Shown here: positions 16,361-25,566 of the stretch, piece by piece
How the letters are laid out: every line of letters begins with the position of its first letter
How positions within the stretch are numbered: the stretch's first letter is position 1
From: an uncultured Pseudomonadota bacterium
GTDB taxonomy: Bacteria > Pseudomonadota > Alphaproteobacteria > RF32 > CAG-239
DNA: 34,968 bases
Direction: 5' to 3'
Assembly: GCA_949283275.1 (NCBI GenBank)
Contig: CASDRW010000126.1
Coordinates: 1-34,968, forward strand
Made by a program: the position numbers and the translations under genes
Notes under the pieces: model-generated
Database searches by the model: none
The model's input: only the letters and a program-made list of their open reading frames with translations
Told to the model about the DNA's origin: nothing

Positions 16361-19300
16361 ATGTCTGAAGTAAAAATGAAAATGATGGATGGCAACGAGG
16401 CCGCAGCTTCGGTTGCCCACCGCATGAACGAAGTCTGTGTCATCTACCCGATTACCCCGTCTTCTCCGATGGGAGAATGGGCCGATGCATGGTCTGCCGC
16501 CAAACAAAAGAACATTTGGGGTGTTATCCCAGAGGTTCAGGAGATGCAATCAGAGGCCGGTGCGGCCGGTGCTTGCCACGGTTCTATCCAGGCCGGTGCT
16601 TTGACCACCACCTTTACCGCCTCGCAAGGCTTGTTGTTAATGATCCCCAACATGTACAAAATCGCCGGTGAGTTGAGCCCGTTTGTAATGCATGTTGCCG
16701 CTCGTTCATTGGCCTATCATGCTTTGTCAATCTTTGGCGATCACTCTGACGTTATGTCTTGCCGCCAAACCGGTTTTGCCATGCTCTGCTCCAACTCGGT
16801 GCAAGAGGCGCATGACTTTGCCGCCATTGCTCAGACATCGACTTTGCGTTCGCATGTTCCGTTTATGCATTTCTTTGACGGTTTCCGCACTTCGCACGAG
16901 ATTAAAAAGATTAAATTACTTTCTGACGACGATTTAAGAGCCATGTTGGAAGGTGTTGATTATTCCTTCAACGCCGAGCATGCTTTGCGTCCGGAAAAGC
17001 CGGTTATCCGTGGCACAGCCCAAAACCCTGATGTTTTCTTCCAAGGTCGCGAGGCTTGCAACAAATACTATAAACAGGTCGAAGGCATTGTCCAAGAAGA
17101 GATGAACAAATTTGCCAAAATATCCGGTCGTCAATACAATGTTGTTGATTATGTTGGCGCGCCTGATGCCGAGCAAGTTATTGTTATTATGGGATCTGGT
17201 GCCGAGACGGTTGAAGAAGCCATCAATTACCTAAACAACAACGGCTACAAGGTTGGCTTGATGAAAGTTCGCCTCTATCGTCCGTTCCCGGAAAAATCGT
17301 TTATCAATGCTTTGCCCAAGTCGGTCAAAGTTGTAAATGTTTTGGACCGCACCAAAGAATCAGGTTCTATCGGTGAGCCTTTGTACTTGGATGTTGTTGC
17401 CACATTGACCCAAGCATTTGCCAACGGCGAGGTTGCTTCTATGCCGCGCATTTTTGGCGGCCGCTATGGCTTGTCATCCAAAGAGTTTACCCCGGGTATG
17501 GTTCGTGCCGTTTATGACAACGGTGCTTCAATGAAACCAATCAACGGTTTCTCGGTTGGTATTAATGACGATGTCAACAACACCTCTCTGCCCTATTCTG
17601 ACGATATTGACACCGAGGGCAAAGATGTTGTCCGTGCCGTATTCTATGGTTTGGGTGCTGATGGTACGGTTGGTGCCAACAAAAACTCAATCAAGATTAT
17701 TGCCGAAGATGCCGGCAAATATGGTCAGGGCTATTTTGTATACGATTCGCGCAAATCAGGCTCAATGACCACATCGCACTTGCGTTTTTCTGACAATCCG
17801 ATTAAAGCGGCCTATTTGATTAACAAGGCTGACTTTGTAGCTTGTCACCAATTTCCGTTTATGGCCAAGGTTGACATCTTAAAGATTGCCAAACCCGGTG
17901 CCACATTCTTGCTCAATGCGCCATATGAGGCAGCTGAGGTTTGGAATCATCTCCCCATTGAGGTTCAAGAGGAAATCATTGCCAAGAAGCTCAACTTCTA
18001 CACCATCAATGCCGTAGAAGTTGCCCGCGAGACCGGCATGGGTCAACGCATCAACACCATCATGCAGGCTTGTTTCTTTGCTATTTCCAACATCTTGCCG
18101 AGAGACGAGGCTATCGAGCAAATCAAGAATGCCATCAAGAAAACTTATTCCAAGAAAGGTGATGCCATTGTTCAAAAGAACTTTGCCGCGGTTGATGCAT
18201 CACTTGCTCATTTGCACAAAGTTGAATACCCGACAGAGGTTACTTCAACCTTCCACCGTTTGCTTCCGGTACCTGCCGACGCACCCGAGTTCATCAAAAA
18301 AGTTACCGGCGAGATTATTGCCGACCGTGGCAACGAGCTTCCGGTATCTGCTTTTGCCGATGTTGCCGACGGCACCTGGCCGACAGGCACAACCCAGTAT
18401 GAGAAGCGTTGCATTGCAACCGAGATTCCGGTTTGGGATCCCGAGACTTGTATCCAATGCGGCAAATGCTCGCTGGTTTGCCCGCACGGCGTAATCAGAC
18501 TAAAAGTTGCCTCGGAAGAAGAGTTGAAGAATGCTCCGGCTTCTTTAAAATCGGCTGACTACAAGGGCAAAGAGTTTGCCGGCAAGAAATTCATTTGGCA
18601 ATTGTCTCCGGAAGACTGCACCGGTTGCGGTATTTGTACCTCGGCCTGCCCGGCTAAGAACAAAGCCAATCCTGAGCTCAAAGCTATCAACATGGATCAT
18701 ATCGAAAACCATTTGGAAGCTGAGAAAGCCAACTGGAAATTCTTTGAAACCTTGCCTTATGTAAAGAGAACCGAGGTTGCCAAGAACTTGCCCAAGACCA
18801 CTCAGATGATTCAGCCTTTGTTTGAATTTTCTGGTGCTTGCGCCGGCTGTGGTGAAACACCTTATGTCAAATTGTTGACCCAGTTGTTTGGCGATCGCAT
18901 GGTTGTTGCCAATGCCACCGGATGCTCTTCAATTTACTCCGGCAACTTGCCGACCACACCCTATGCCAAAGACGAAAAAGGTCATGGTCCGGCTTGGTCA
19001 AACTCTTTGTTTGAAGACAACGCCGAGTTTGGTTTGGGTATGCGTTTCTCAATCGACCAGCAGACCGACTTTGCCAAACAGCTCCTGGAGGGCCTAAAAG
19101 ACAAAGTTGGCGCTGATTTGGTTGAAAAACTGTTGAACAACCCGCAAAAGAGTGATGTTGAGATTGATGAACAGCGCAATTTGGTAAAACAACTGCGCGA
19201 CAAACTTGCTTCAATCAATACTCCGGAGGCCAAACATCTTGACAAACTGGCCGATTATTTGATTAAGAAATCGGTTTGGATCTTAGGTGGCGACGGTTGG

Positions 19301-19921
19301 GCCTATGATATTGGTTTTGGCGGTCTTGATCACGCCATTGCCTCGGGCAAAAACATCAATATCTTGGTGATGGATACCGGCGTTTACTCCAACACCGGCG
19401 GCCAACAGTCCAAAGCCACCCCGATGGGAGCTTCGGCCAAATTCGCTACCGCCGGCAAATCATTGCCGAAAAAGGATTTGGGTATGATTGCCATGTCTTA
19501 CGGCAATGTATATGTTGCGCAAGTATCAATTGGTGCCAATGATACTCAGGTAATCAAAGCCATGAACGAAGCCGAGGCTTATGATGGTCCGTCCATCATC
19601 ATCGCCTACTCGCATTGTATTGCCCAAGGCTTCAACTTGATTGACGGTCTGGCTCATCAAAAAGCCGCTGTTGAATCGGGTTCTTGGCCTTTGTATCGTT
19701 ACAATCCGGAAAACATCCATGAAGGCAAAGCTCCGTTGAGCTTGGATTCTAAAGCGCCTTCTAAACCTTTGGCCGAATACATGGCCAACGAAACTCGTTT
19801 CCAGATTGTCAACAAACAAAATCCGGAGCGTTATGAAACCTTGGTCAACAAGGCTCAAGAGAATGTAAACGAAAAACGTTCGCTTCTGGAACACATGGCC
19901 GAATTCAAGGTTGCCGAGTAA
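16361..19921 (+). CDS. nifJ: Pyruvate:ferredoxin (flavodoxin) oxidoreductase, single-polypeptide type
   Basis: The 1186-aa ORF has two 4Fe-4S motifs (CIQCGKCSLVCP and CTGCGICTSACP) and the TPP-binding segment GGDGWAYDIGFGGLDH. An AAGGA SD precedes the ATG. Confidence 0.92.
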   Translation: MSEVKMKMMDGNEAAASVAHRMNEVCVIYPITPSSPMGEWADAWSAAKQKNIWGVIPEVQEMQSEAGAAGACHGSIQAGALTTTFTASQGLLLMIPNMYKIAGELSPFVMHVAARSLAYHALSIFGDHSDVMSCRQTGFAMLCSNSVQEAHDFAAIAQTSTLRSHVPFMHFFDGFRTSHEIKKIKLLSDDDLRAMLEGVDYSFNAEHALRPEKPVIRGTAQNPDVFFQGREACNKYYKQVEGIVQEEMNKFAKISGRQYNVVDYVGAPDAEQVIVIMGSGAETVEEAINYLNNNGYKVGLMKVRLYRPFPEKSFINALPKSVKVVNVLDRTKESGSIGEPLYLDVVATLTQAFANGEVASMPRIFGGRYGLSSKEFTPGMVRAVYDNGASMKPINGFSVGINDDVNNTSLPYSDDIDTEGKDVVRAVFYGLGADGTVGANKNSIKIIAEDAGKYGQGYFVYDSRKSGSMTTSHLRFSDNPIKAAYLINKADFVACHQFPFMAKVDILKIAKPGATFLLNAPYEAAEVWNHLPIEVQEEIIAKKLNFYTINAVEVARETGMGQRINTIMQACFFAISNILPRDEAIEQIKNAIKKTYSKKGDAIVQKNFAAVDASLAHLHKVEYPTEVTSTFHRLLPVPADAPEFIKKVTGEIIADRGNELPVSAFADVADGTWPTGTTQYEKRCIATEIPVWDPETCIQCGKCSLVCPHGVIRLKVASEEELKNAPASLKSADYKGKEFAGKKFIWQLSPEDCTGCGICTSACPAKNKANPELKAINMDHIENHLEAEKANWKFFETLPYVKRTEVAKNLPKTTQMIQPLFEFSGACAGCGETPYVKLLTQLFGDRMVVANATGCSSIYSGNLPTTPYAKDEKGHGPAWSNSLFEDNAEFGLGMRFSIDQQTDFAKQLLEGLKDKVGADLVEKLLNNPQKSDVEIDEQRNLVKQLRDKLASINTPEAKHLDKLADYLIKKSVWILGGDGWAYDIGFGGLDHAIASGKNINILVMDTGVYSNTGGQQSKATPMGASAKFATAGKSLPKKDLGMIAMSYGNVYVAQVSIGANDTQVIKAMNEAEAYDGPSIIIAYSHCIAQGFNLIDGLAHQKAAVESGSWPLYRYNPENIHEGKAPLSLDSKAPSKPLAEYMANETRFQIVNKQNPERYETLVNKAQENVNEKRSLLEHMAEFKVAE

Positions 19922-19938
19922 TCGGGCTTTGTAACGCC

Positions 19939-19973
19939 AAAAACGCTCCGTCGAAATTGACGGAGCGTTTTTT
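19939..19973 (+). terminator. Intrinsic terminator of the PFOR gene
   Basis: The 11-bp stem AACGCTCCGTC/GACGGAGCGTT is followed by TTTTT. Confidence 0.8.
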
Positions 19974-20026
19974 GTAAATAAAAACAAACCCCTCACCGAG
20001 AAAAAACGGTAAAGGGTTTGCTGTTT

Positions 20027-20941
20027 TTAGACCGCATCGACATACTGTTTAACCAGTTTGTCGACCTGATACCGGACACGGCGGCAAACATCGTCGCCGC
20101 TCAGGTATTCGGCCTTTCTTTCTGCAATCAGGTCGGCATAATCTTCGGCATACAGGCCGAGATATTCCCAGTCGCGATCATTTTCCAGTCCCAGAACATA
20201 TCCTTTTTCGACCAGATTGCGTAAATGCAGCTTTTTCGGAGCCGTATAGCGGGATTCGCTGCTCAATTTGTAGCGCACGATATCCCAATCCTGACGGGCA
20301 TGGATAATACTGCCGATCATGATATCAACCGCGATACCGCCGGAAAAAACGTTTTCCGCGTCGAAGATTCGCTCCTCAACCTGCACCACGGGATTATCAT
20401 AAAACACCCATCTGACTTGGGGTATCCGCTGATAAAGCTCCTGCGCCACCGCCATCGAATAGCCGCGGGAAGAAAAGACAACCGCCGTTCTGATATCAGG
20501 CTTTTCTGCCAACATATCCTCCAGAGTCTCACACGGATCCCTCCGGTCGAACACCGGTTTGGGATGCCTTTTGAGCACCTTTTTTGGAATACCGAGCCGC
20601 ATCAGGATAACCTTAAGCCACCACTCGGCCGAATAACCGAGATCAATTATCGGTGCCGTGGTAAAACCGGGCATACAAACCACCTCGGGATACGCCTCCT
20701 CCATCCGTTGATAATGCCGCAAAAAAGCGGCTGCCTCGGCCGCGGCACGCAAACTGTCGCCGACAACCAGAACAATATCGGGCTTCAGTTTCGGTCCGCC
20801 GAAGATGGAAACCGTTGGCAGGGGTATTTGCCTGCTTCCGTATTCACAACGAAATCCACTGGTGGCTGTCAGCCATGTCTCCCAGCGCATAACCTCTCTT
20901 TGTTCGGATAAAGAAAGGACTCTTTTAACATCTTTTGCCAT
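20027..20941 (-). CDS. Hypothetical protein with a possible DUF218/YdcF-like fold (weak)
   Basis: The 304-aa ORF uses GC-richer codons than its neighbours, by eye. The segment IVLVVGDS...SAEWWLKVILMRLGIPKKVL...TAVVFSSRGYSMAVAQ loosely resembles DUF218 blocks. No clear SD is present. Confidence 0.5.
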   Translation of the reverse strand: MAKDVKRVLSLSEQREVMRWETWLTATSGFRCEYGSRQIPLPTVSIFGGPKLKPDIVLVVGDSLRAAAEAAAFLRHYQRMEEAYPEVVCMPGFTTAPIIDLGYSAEWWLKVILMRLGIPKKVLKRHPKPVFDRRDPCETLEDMLAEKPDIRTAVVFSSRGYSMAVAQELYQRIPQVRWVFYDNPVVQVEERIFDAENVFSGGIAVDIMIGSIIHARQDWDIVRYKLSSESRYTAPKKLHLRNLVEKGYVLGLENDRDWEYLGLYAEDYADLIAERKAEYLSGDDVCRRVRYQVDKLVKQYVDAV

Positions 20942-21024
20942 AATATAAAAATTTAGGGGTTAATAATAAGTTCTCATCTACCTCATTCATATAAGACATT
21001 TAGACAAAAAGCAAGACAAAAAAC

Positions 21025-21054
21025 TTTACAAATAGAAATTTTTCGTTGTATATT
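21025..21054 (+). promoter_or_regulatory. Sigma70-type promoter (TTTACA-N18-TATATT) for the 21089 gene
   Basis: The hexamers lie in the divergent intergenic region, about 35 nt upstream of the ATG. Confidence 0.4.
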
Positions 21055-21088
21055 AACGATAGAAACAAAATTATTAAAAATAAGAATT

Positions 21089-21781
21089 ATGAAAAAAGAA
21101 GAAAAGTATTTAAAAACACCGGAATGGCCTTATGCATCGCAACATCAGGCCAAGCAGGCTTTGGACAGTATCAAAAAGACCGACCTTTGGCCGGAACCGT
21201 ATCTGGTTTCGTATAAAACGAAAAAATCTGATGAGCCAAAAGTTGTTTTCTGTTGGATATTTACCGACAACAAAACAACCGAAGCGCTCCTGCCGGCATA
21301 CCCCATACCGGAAGATGTGCAATTCCGTTACAAAGGGCGTCACCTGCAACATCTGTCGGAAAACGAATTTTTTTTGATAGATAACCTGCTTTACGTCTTG
21401 CAAAAAACGCCGGAGGACGGATACATCGTCAAGAAGATCTCTTACTTCTTTGATATGGAAATGGCCGAACATTATGCCATGCTAAAATACGGGAAAAAAA
21501 TGTTCTGGCGTCTGAGATACTCCACCTGCGGCAATCAACCTTTGGGGATTATCTGGGATGGCGCCGTAAATCAGGACGACAAATACCCGGACATCATGCT
21601 GTCGGTTTGGCCGGAAGATAAACAAAACTTCGTCGGCTGCCGCTTTGGCGATATCCAGCTCCAAAACATTCCCTCAAACAGCATTATAAGCCACTACGAC
21701 GACTACTATGTTGTTGAGGAGGATGAAGAGACAATCCGTATCATTCCGGCTGAAGAAAAATTCGGAAACCTGCACTTTTAA
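21089..21781 (+). CDS. Hypothetical protein (230 aa, Trp/Tyr-rich, no recognisable motif)
   Basis: The ORF is long and uninterrupted, has its own promoter-like hexamers, and has a strong terminator overlapping its last codons. Confidence 0.55.
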   Translation: MKKEEKYLKTPEWPYASQHQAKQALDSIKKTDLWPEPYLVSYKTKKSDEPKVVFCWIFTDNKTTEALLPAYPIPEDVQFRYKGRHLQHLSENEFFLIDNLLYVLQKTPEDGYIVKKISYFFDMEMAEHYAMLKYGKKMFWRLRYSTCGNQPLGIIWDGAVNQDDKYPDIMLSVWPEDKQNFVGCRFGDIQLQNIPSNSIISHYDDYYVVEEDEETIRIIPAEEKFGNLHF

Positions 21782-21805
21782 CCAAGTGCAGGTTTCCTGC
21801 TTTTT
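21764..21805 (+). terminator. Intrinsic terminator overlapping the 3' end of the CDS
   Basis: The 12-bp stem GGAAACCTGCAC/GTGCAGGTTTCC is followed by TGCTTTTTA. Confidence 0.75.
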
Positions 21806-22931
21806 ATTTCAACCTGTCCGGATTAAGCCCTTCGAGCTCTTTGATAACAAACAAACCGTCTTTGCGCACCAATTTGTCATCAAACCAAATCTCGCCGCCG
21901 CCGTGCGCCTTATCTTGAATTAAGACCAAATCCCAATGTACGCTGGAGCGGTTGCCGTTAAATGTTTCGTCATTATAGGAATTGCCGATTGCCATATGCA
22001 AAGAACAGGCAATTTTTTCATCAAACAAAATATCAAGCATTTCTTTTCTGATATAAGGATTAACCCCGATGGCAAACTCTCCCATATAGCGTGCTCCTTC
22101 ATCAACGCTGATTTGCTTTTGCAATTTATCATTGTTAGCTCTGCTTTCAGCTTTGATGATTTTTCCGTCATTAAATTCCAGATAAACATTGGAATAAAAA
22201 GTCCCGCCATAAACCGTGTCGGTATTAAACTGAATATGCCCGTTGATAGAATTTTTAACCGGTGCGGTATAGACCTCGCCGTCCGGGATATTCATATTCC
22301 CGTCGCACACAACCGCCTTTAGCCCCTTAATCGAAAACTCAAGATCGGTGTTTGGCCCTTTAAGGCGCACTTTATCGGTCTTGTCCATCAGCTCTTTCAA
22401 AGGTTTCATTGCCTTGCCCATTTTCTTATAATCAACCAAGCAAGCCCCAAAGAAAAAGTCTTCCAACGCTTTTCGCGACATCTTGGAGACCGCCGCCATC
22501 GTATCGTTGGGATAACGCATTACACACCAGCGGGTTTTGGCAATTCTTCTGTCAAAATGCACCATATTATAATAAATCTCGTTATAGACCTTCATCTTGG
22601 CTGGCGAAACATCCGAAAGCGCAAACAAATCATCATAGCCTCTGACCGCCACATAGCAATCCATCTCATCCATCAATCCGGCATGCCACTTGGCATATTG
22701 CTCAATCTGATTTGGAGTTGAATTTTCTACCAAATTTTTAACAAACGAGTTGTCATTATAAAAGTAAAACGGCGTTGCCCCCATTTTGGCTGCTATCCTG
22801 ATAAACTCATTAAACAAATCTTTGGTCGATTCGCTAAAAGCCTCAATATAAATTTTTTCTCCCTTTTTAAGCTCCAAAGAATTTTTTAATACACTCTCCG
22901 CAAGCCTGGTAATTCTCTCATCAATTTTCAT
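21804..22931 (-). CDS. M29-family aminopeptidase (AmpS/PepS-like)
   Basis: The 375-aa ORF shows family-typical blocks GARYMGEFAIGVNP, SLHMAIGNSY and SSVHWDLV. Its ATG lies 1 nt after the pepA stop, with an AAGAGGA SD. Confidence 0.75.
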   Translation of the reverse strand: MKIDERITRLAESVLKNSLELKKGEKIYIEAFSESTKDLFNEFIRIAAKMGATPFYFYNDNSFVKNLVENSTPNQIEQYAKWHAGLMDEMDCYVAVRGYDDLFALSDVSPAKMKVYNEIYYNMVHFDRRIAKTRWCVMRYPNDTMAAVSKMSRKALEDFFFGACLVDYKKMGKAMKPLKELMDKTDKVRLKGPNTDLEFSIKGLKAVVCDGNMNIPDGEVYTAPVKNSINGHIQFNTDTVYGGTFYSNVYLEFNDGKIIKAESRANNDKLQKQISVDEGARYMGEFAIGVNPYIRKEMLDILFDEKIACSLHMAIGNSYNDETFNGNRSSVHWDLVLIQDKAHGGGEIWFDDKLVRKDGLFVIKELEGLNPDRLK

Positions 22932-22932
22932 C

Positions 22933-24348
22933 CTACAATCCTCTTATAAATTCGTTTAATAACCTAACGCCAAACCCTGATGCCAAACCACTTTTATCCA
23001 AGCGCACCCCGCTGATATCAATATGCGCCCAAGGGATGCCTTTTTCAACAAACTTCTTCAAAAAATTAGCCGATACAATTGAGGCTCTGCTTTCCGTTGC
23101 CACATTGCGTATATCGGCAATCGGCGAGGATAATTTTTTGTCATACTCGTTATCAAGCGGCATCAGCCATAATTTTTCACCAGTTTTTTCGCCAGCTTTT
23201 ATAAGTTTATCCGCCAACTTTTTGTTGTTAGCAAACACCCCGGCATAAACATTGCCCAATGTGGTTTTTAGAGAACCCAAAGTTGCAATATCGACCACAT
23301 TTTTTACCGCATAATTTTTCTGCACATAGGCCAAACAATCAGCCACCACCAAACGCCCTTCGGCATCGGCATTCATAATCTCAACCGTTTTGCCGTTATA
23401 TGCGGTATAAACATCGCCTATTTTCATGGCATTTTCGCCCGGCATATTCTCCGCCAACCCCATAACGGCAATAATATTTTTGCGTATTCTTTGCAATGCC
23501 GCCGCTTTTAATGAGGCAATTGCCGCCGCAGCCCCTGCCATATCCATTTTCATCTCGCTCATTCCGGGGTTTGGCTTAAGACTCAAACCACCGGCATCAA
23601 AACAAATTCCCTTGCCGATGATTGCCAAATCATACTCTTTGCTTGCTCTGTTTCCCATCCACGAGGCAACCACCATTTTAGGCGAATTTTTAGCTCCCTT
23701 GCCCACTGCCACAATCAATCCCAGCCCTTTTAGCTTAAGCGCTTCTTCATCCAAGACTTCAACTTTCAATCCCAAATATTTCAACCTTTCGACATCTTGG
23801 GCAAACACTTCGGGCGTCAAATAATTGGCCGGCTCGTTACACAAATCTTTGGCATAGCGAATTGCCGTCGCCAAAGCCAAATAATGCCTAAAATCTTCTT
23901 GTGCGATTTTTTCCTTGTTTGCTCTGACAACAATCTGCTCCAATTTTGGAAAATCATCTGCTTTTTTCTCGGTTTTATATTTGTCAAAACTATACGAGCC
24001 AAGCAAAACTCCAAAAGCCACATTTTGCCCTTCCTTATCGTTTTCCGCCATAATGTAGGCTTTTTCGTCATTGTATAATTTAACAAACAACTCTCGCCCC
24101 AAGCGTTGTGCCGCCAAATCATCTTTTTGTTTTCCGATTCCCGCCAACAATATCTTAGCTCTGCCGCCAAAAACTTCAACAAACTTGCCTTCCTCGCCGC
24201 TAAAATCAGCTTGAATAATTGCTTTTTTAACCAAACAAGCCTCATCTTCGCTCAACAAATCGGCTTTAATGCTCTTTCCCTCAGGCATCACAATAACCTT
24301 AACCATTTTGGCCAAAGGTTTCTTATTGCTAAACACAACTTCCAACAT
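22933..24348 (-). CDS. pepA: Leucyl aminopeptidase (M17)
   Basis: IGKGICFDAGGLSLKP and NADAEGRLVVAD (the NTDAEGRL signature) are present. The ATG at 24348 follows a GGAGAA SD. Confidence 0.9.
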   Translation of the reverse strand: MLEVVFSNKKPLAKMVKVIVMPEGKSIKADLLSEDEACLVKKAIIQADFSGEEGKFVEVFGGRAKILLAGIGKQKDDLAAQRLGRELFVKLYNDEKAYIMAENDKEGQNVAFGVLLGSYSFDKYKTEKKADDFPKLEQIVVRANKEKIAQEDFRHYLALATAIRYAKDLCNEPANYLTPEVFAQDVERLKYLGLKVEVLDEEALKLKGLGLIVAVGKGAKNSPKMVVASWMGNRASKEYDLAIIGKGICFDAGGLSLKPNPGMSEMKMDMAGAAAAIASLKAAALQRIRKNIIAVMGLAENMPGENAMKIGDVYTAYNGKTVEIMNADAEGRLVVADCLAYVQKNYAVKNVVDIATLGSLKTTLGNVYAGVFANNKKLADKLIKAGEKTGEKLWLMPLDNEYDKKLSSPIADIRNVATESRASIVSANFLKKFVEKGIPWAHIDISGVRLDKSGLASGFGVRLLNEFIRGL

Positions 24349-24444
24349 GATGTTTCTCCACTTCAAACATAGATTGTCCTTATTGTAAAACCCAATTGGT
24401 TAATATAACGCAAACATCTTTTTCAACAGTTATATCGAATCTTC

Positions 24445-24473
24445 TAGACAAAATCACAAACATCTGCTATATT
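24445..24473 (+). promoter_or_regulatory. Sigma70-type promoter (TAGACA-N17-TATATT) for the HNH/SUKH/tsaC transcript
   Basis: The hexamers are spaced 17 bp apart, about 30 nt upstream of the ATG at 24502. Confidence 0.4.
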
Positions 24474-24501
24474 TTAGACAAATAATTTACAAGCAACGAA
24501 C

Positions 24502-25566
24502 ATGCGTAAAAGAAAAAAGTCAAACAACCAACTTCGCCGCGAAGAAGAAGCCATTTCAGCCGCCTTCACATACAAACTTCACGCTCTTTTTCAAACTCGC
24601 TATCGTGAATACAAACGCAACAATTACAAAAGCAAAGACAAAGGCGGAGACAAAAAAGACAATCACGCCTGCAAAATCAAAAAAACCTCAGCCAAAAGCC
24701 TCAAAAACATAAAATCGGAATTAGAAATTTTACTTGCTTTTTATGGTGTCGGCACACCGCATATAGCACCCCCCAACCAAACACCTCTTTCACGCGAGCA
24801 AATTTGTATGATGGATATAGACTTTGAAGGTCTATACATCACCCCCAACCAAGAAGGCTTATCCGGGCCCTATCGTCAAGCCAAAGAAAACTCTCTTAAA
24901 TACGACATTCCCCACACGGCCTCATCTTCGGAATATGACCTAAACCAAGTCCCTGCCTGGGAAGAGATGAAAAAGTTCAACAGTTTTAGGCTCATGCATC
25001 ATACGATATGCCATCGCCTTTCCAAAATGAACTACCCCATAGAAAAGCTCAATCAACTCAACTTTATCGATCTGATAGACATAATCAACGATCACAACCG
25101 CGAGCATCCCGAGCATCGTATGCCGTGCCAACGTAGCAGATTTCTAAAAATGTTTTCGGTATGCTACGGCGCAGAATTCACCGAAAAGATGACCCTATTG
25201 GGCAAAGACCAAGAGGCCAAAGATTTTCTAAGCTATGCCTATTACATCAATCACCCGGCCAAAAGATGCCCGCCCGAGCTAAAATACATATCCAACTTAT
25301 TTAGTATCCACCATATCAAAAACCGCAAATTTGCCAACGAGCTGGACGACTATGCCAAAGTCAACGACTTTTCCAACCTGTCTTTGTGTATGTCATTTCC
25401 ACACCACAAAATTTTGCATTCTCCCACCGAGATTGACTTAAATCACAACATTGTATTTTTCGGTGGCTTTTTACGTGAATTTCAAATTATCCGCAATCCG
25501 GAAAAAGAGCGACTATATCTTCAAGGCAAACTAAGGAATCCATCTTTATCCAACGGTGGCCGATGA
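24502..25566 (+). CDS. HNH-motif nuclease-domain protein with a highly basic N-terminal region
   Basis: The C-terminal motif is SIHHIKNRKF-x13-NDFSNLSLCMSFPHHKILH (H-N-H spacing). The N-terminus reads MRKRKKSNNQLRREEE...KSKDKGGDKKDNH. No signal peptide or known toxin-delivery domain is recognisable. Confidence 0.65.
   Translation: MRKRKKSNNQLRREEEAISAAFTYKLHALFQTRYREYKRNNYKSKDKGGDKKDNHACKIKKTSAKSLKNIKSELEILLAFYGVGTPHIAPPNQTPLSREQICMMDIDFEGLYITPNQEGLSGPYRQAKENSLKYDIPHTASSSEYDLNQVPAWEEMKKFNSFRLMHHTICHRLSKMNYPIEKLNQLNFIDLIDIINDHNREHPEHRMPCQRSRFLKMFSVCYGAEFTEKMTLLGKDQEAKDFLSYAYYINHPAKRCPPELKYISNLFSIHHIKNRKFANELDDYAKVNDFSNLSLCMSFPHHKILHSPTEIDLNHNIVFFGGFLREFQIIRNPEKERLYLQGKLRNPSLSNGGR

Noticed and set aside
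20225-20911. A 228-aa ORF antisense to the 304-aa gene.
   Set aside because: It is a shadow frame of a GC-richer gene, with a low-complexity Arg/His/Gly-rich translation and no SD. The sense ORF spans from promoter region to terminator.
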